DNA of 63,726 bases, the filler included, from Collodictyon triciliatum (Eukaryota), in the NCBI GenBank assembly GCA_043381765.1. It is 16 parts of 16 records of this genome, joined end to end, with 100 filler letters (N's around TTAATTAATTAA, not from the genome) between each part and the next. Parts side by side here need not be neighbours in the genome. Positions count along the whole stretch, not along the records: positions 61,854 to 63,726 come from JBHJMP010006639.1; 15 more parts are not named here. One strand, given 5' to 3'. This document shows, one piece after another, positions 63,631-63,726 of the stretch. Each line of letters starts with the position of its first letter. The stretch's first letter is position 1. The notes beneath the pieces are model-generated. The model was not told where the DNA came from and did no database searches. It was given only the letters and a program-made list of their open reading frames with translations. A program made the translations under genes and the position numbers.

Positions 63631-63726
<96 letters not shown>

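Overview
Intron-rich eukaryotic (flagellated protist-like) DNA, not a contiguous locus. About 16 contigs of ~4.0-4.06 kb each are joined by an artificial N44-TTAATTAATTAA-N44 spacer, and most break at simple repeats. Manual splicing recovers: SAHH (frameshifted), an FAD-dependent oxidoreductase, a CDT1-domain/Hrq1 helicase, CFAP69, TFIIH p52, a Rab5/21/22-group GTPase, an NHL-repeat protein, Sec15 exon 1, TMEM135, an LRR-(pseudo)kinase and an LRR paralog, a PAPS reductase, a RING protein, an archaeal-type amidohydrolase, a PPEF phosphatase and PYROXD1. Also present are tRNA-Gly, a degenerate tRNA-Ala and decayed L1/Tx1-like LINE pieces. The most notable signals are: (1) a dispersed ~45-55 nt poly(A)-tailed mini-retroposon with 15-18 bp target-site duplications; (2) a U12-type AT-AC intron in CFAP69; (3) four frame- or alignment-supported GC-AG introns with weak donors; (4) a spliced gene for an archaeal-type amidohydrolase. 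All family assignments rest on recalled motifs; no searches were run.
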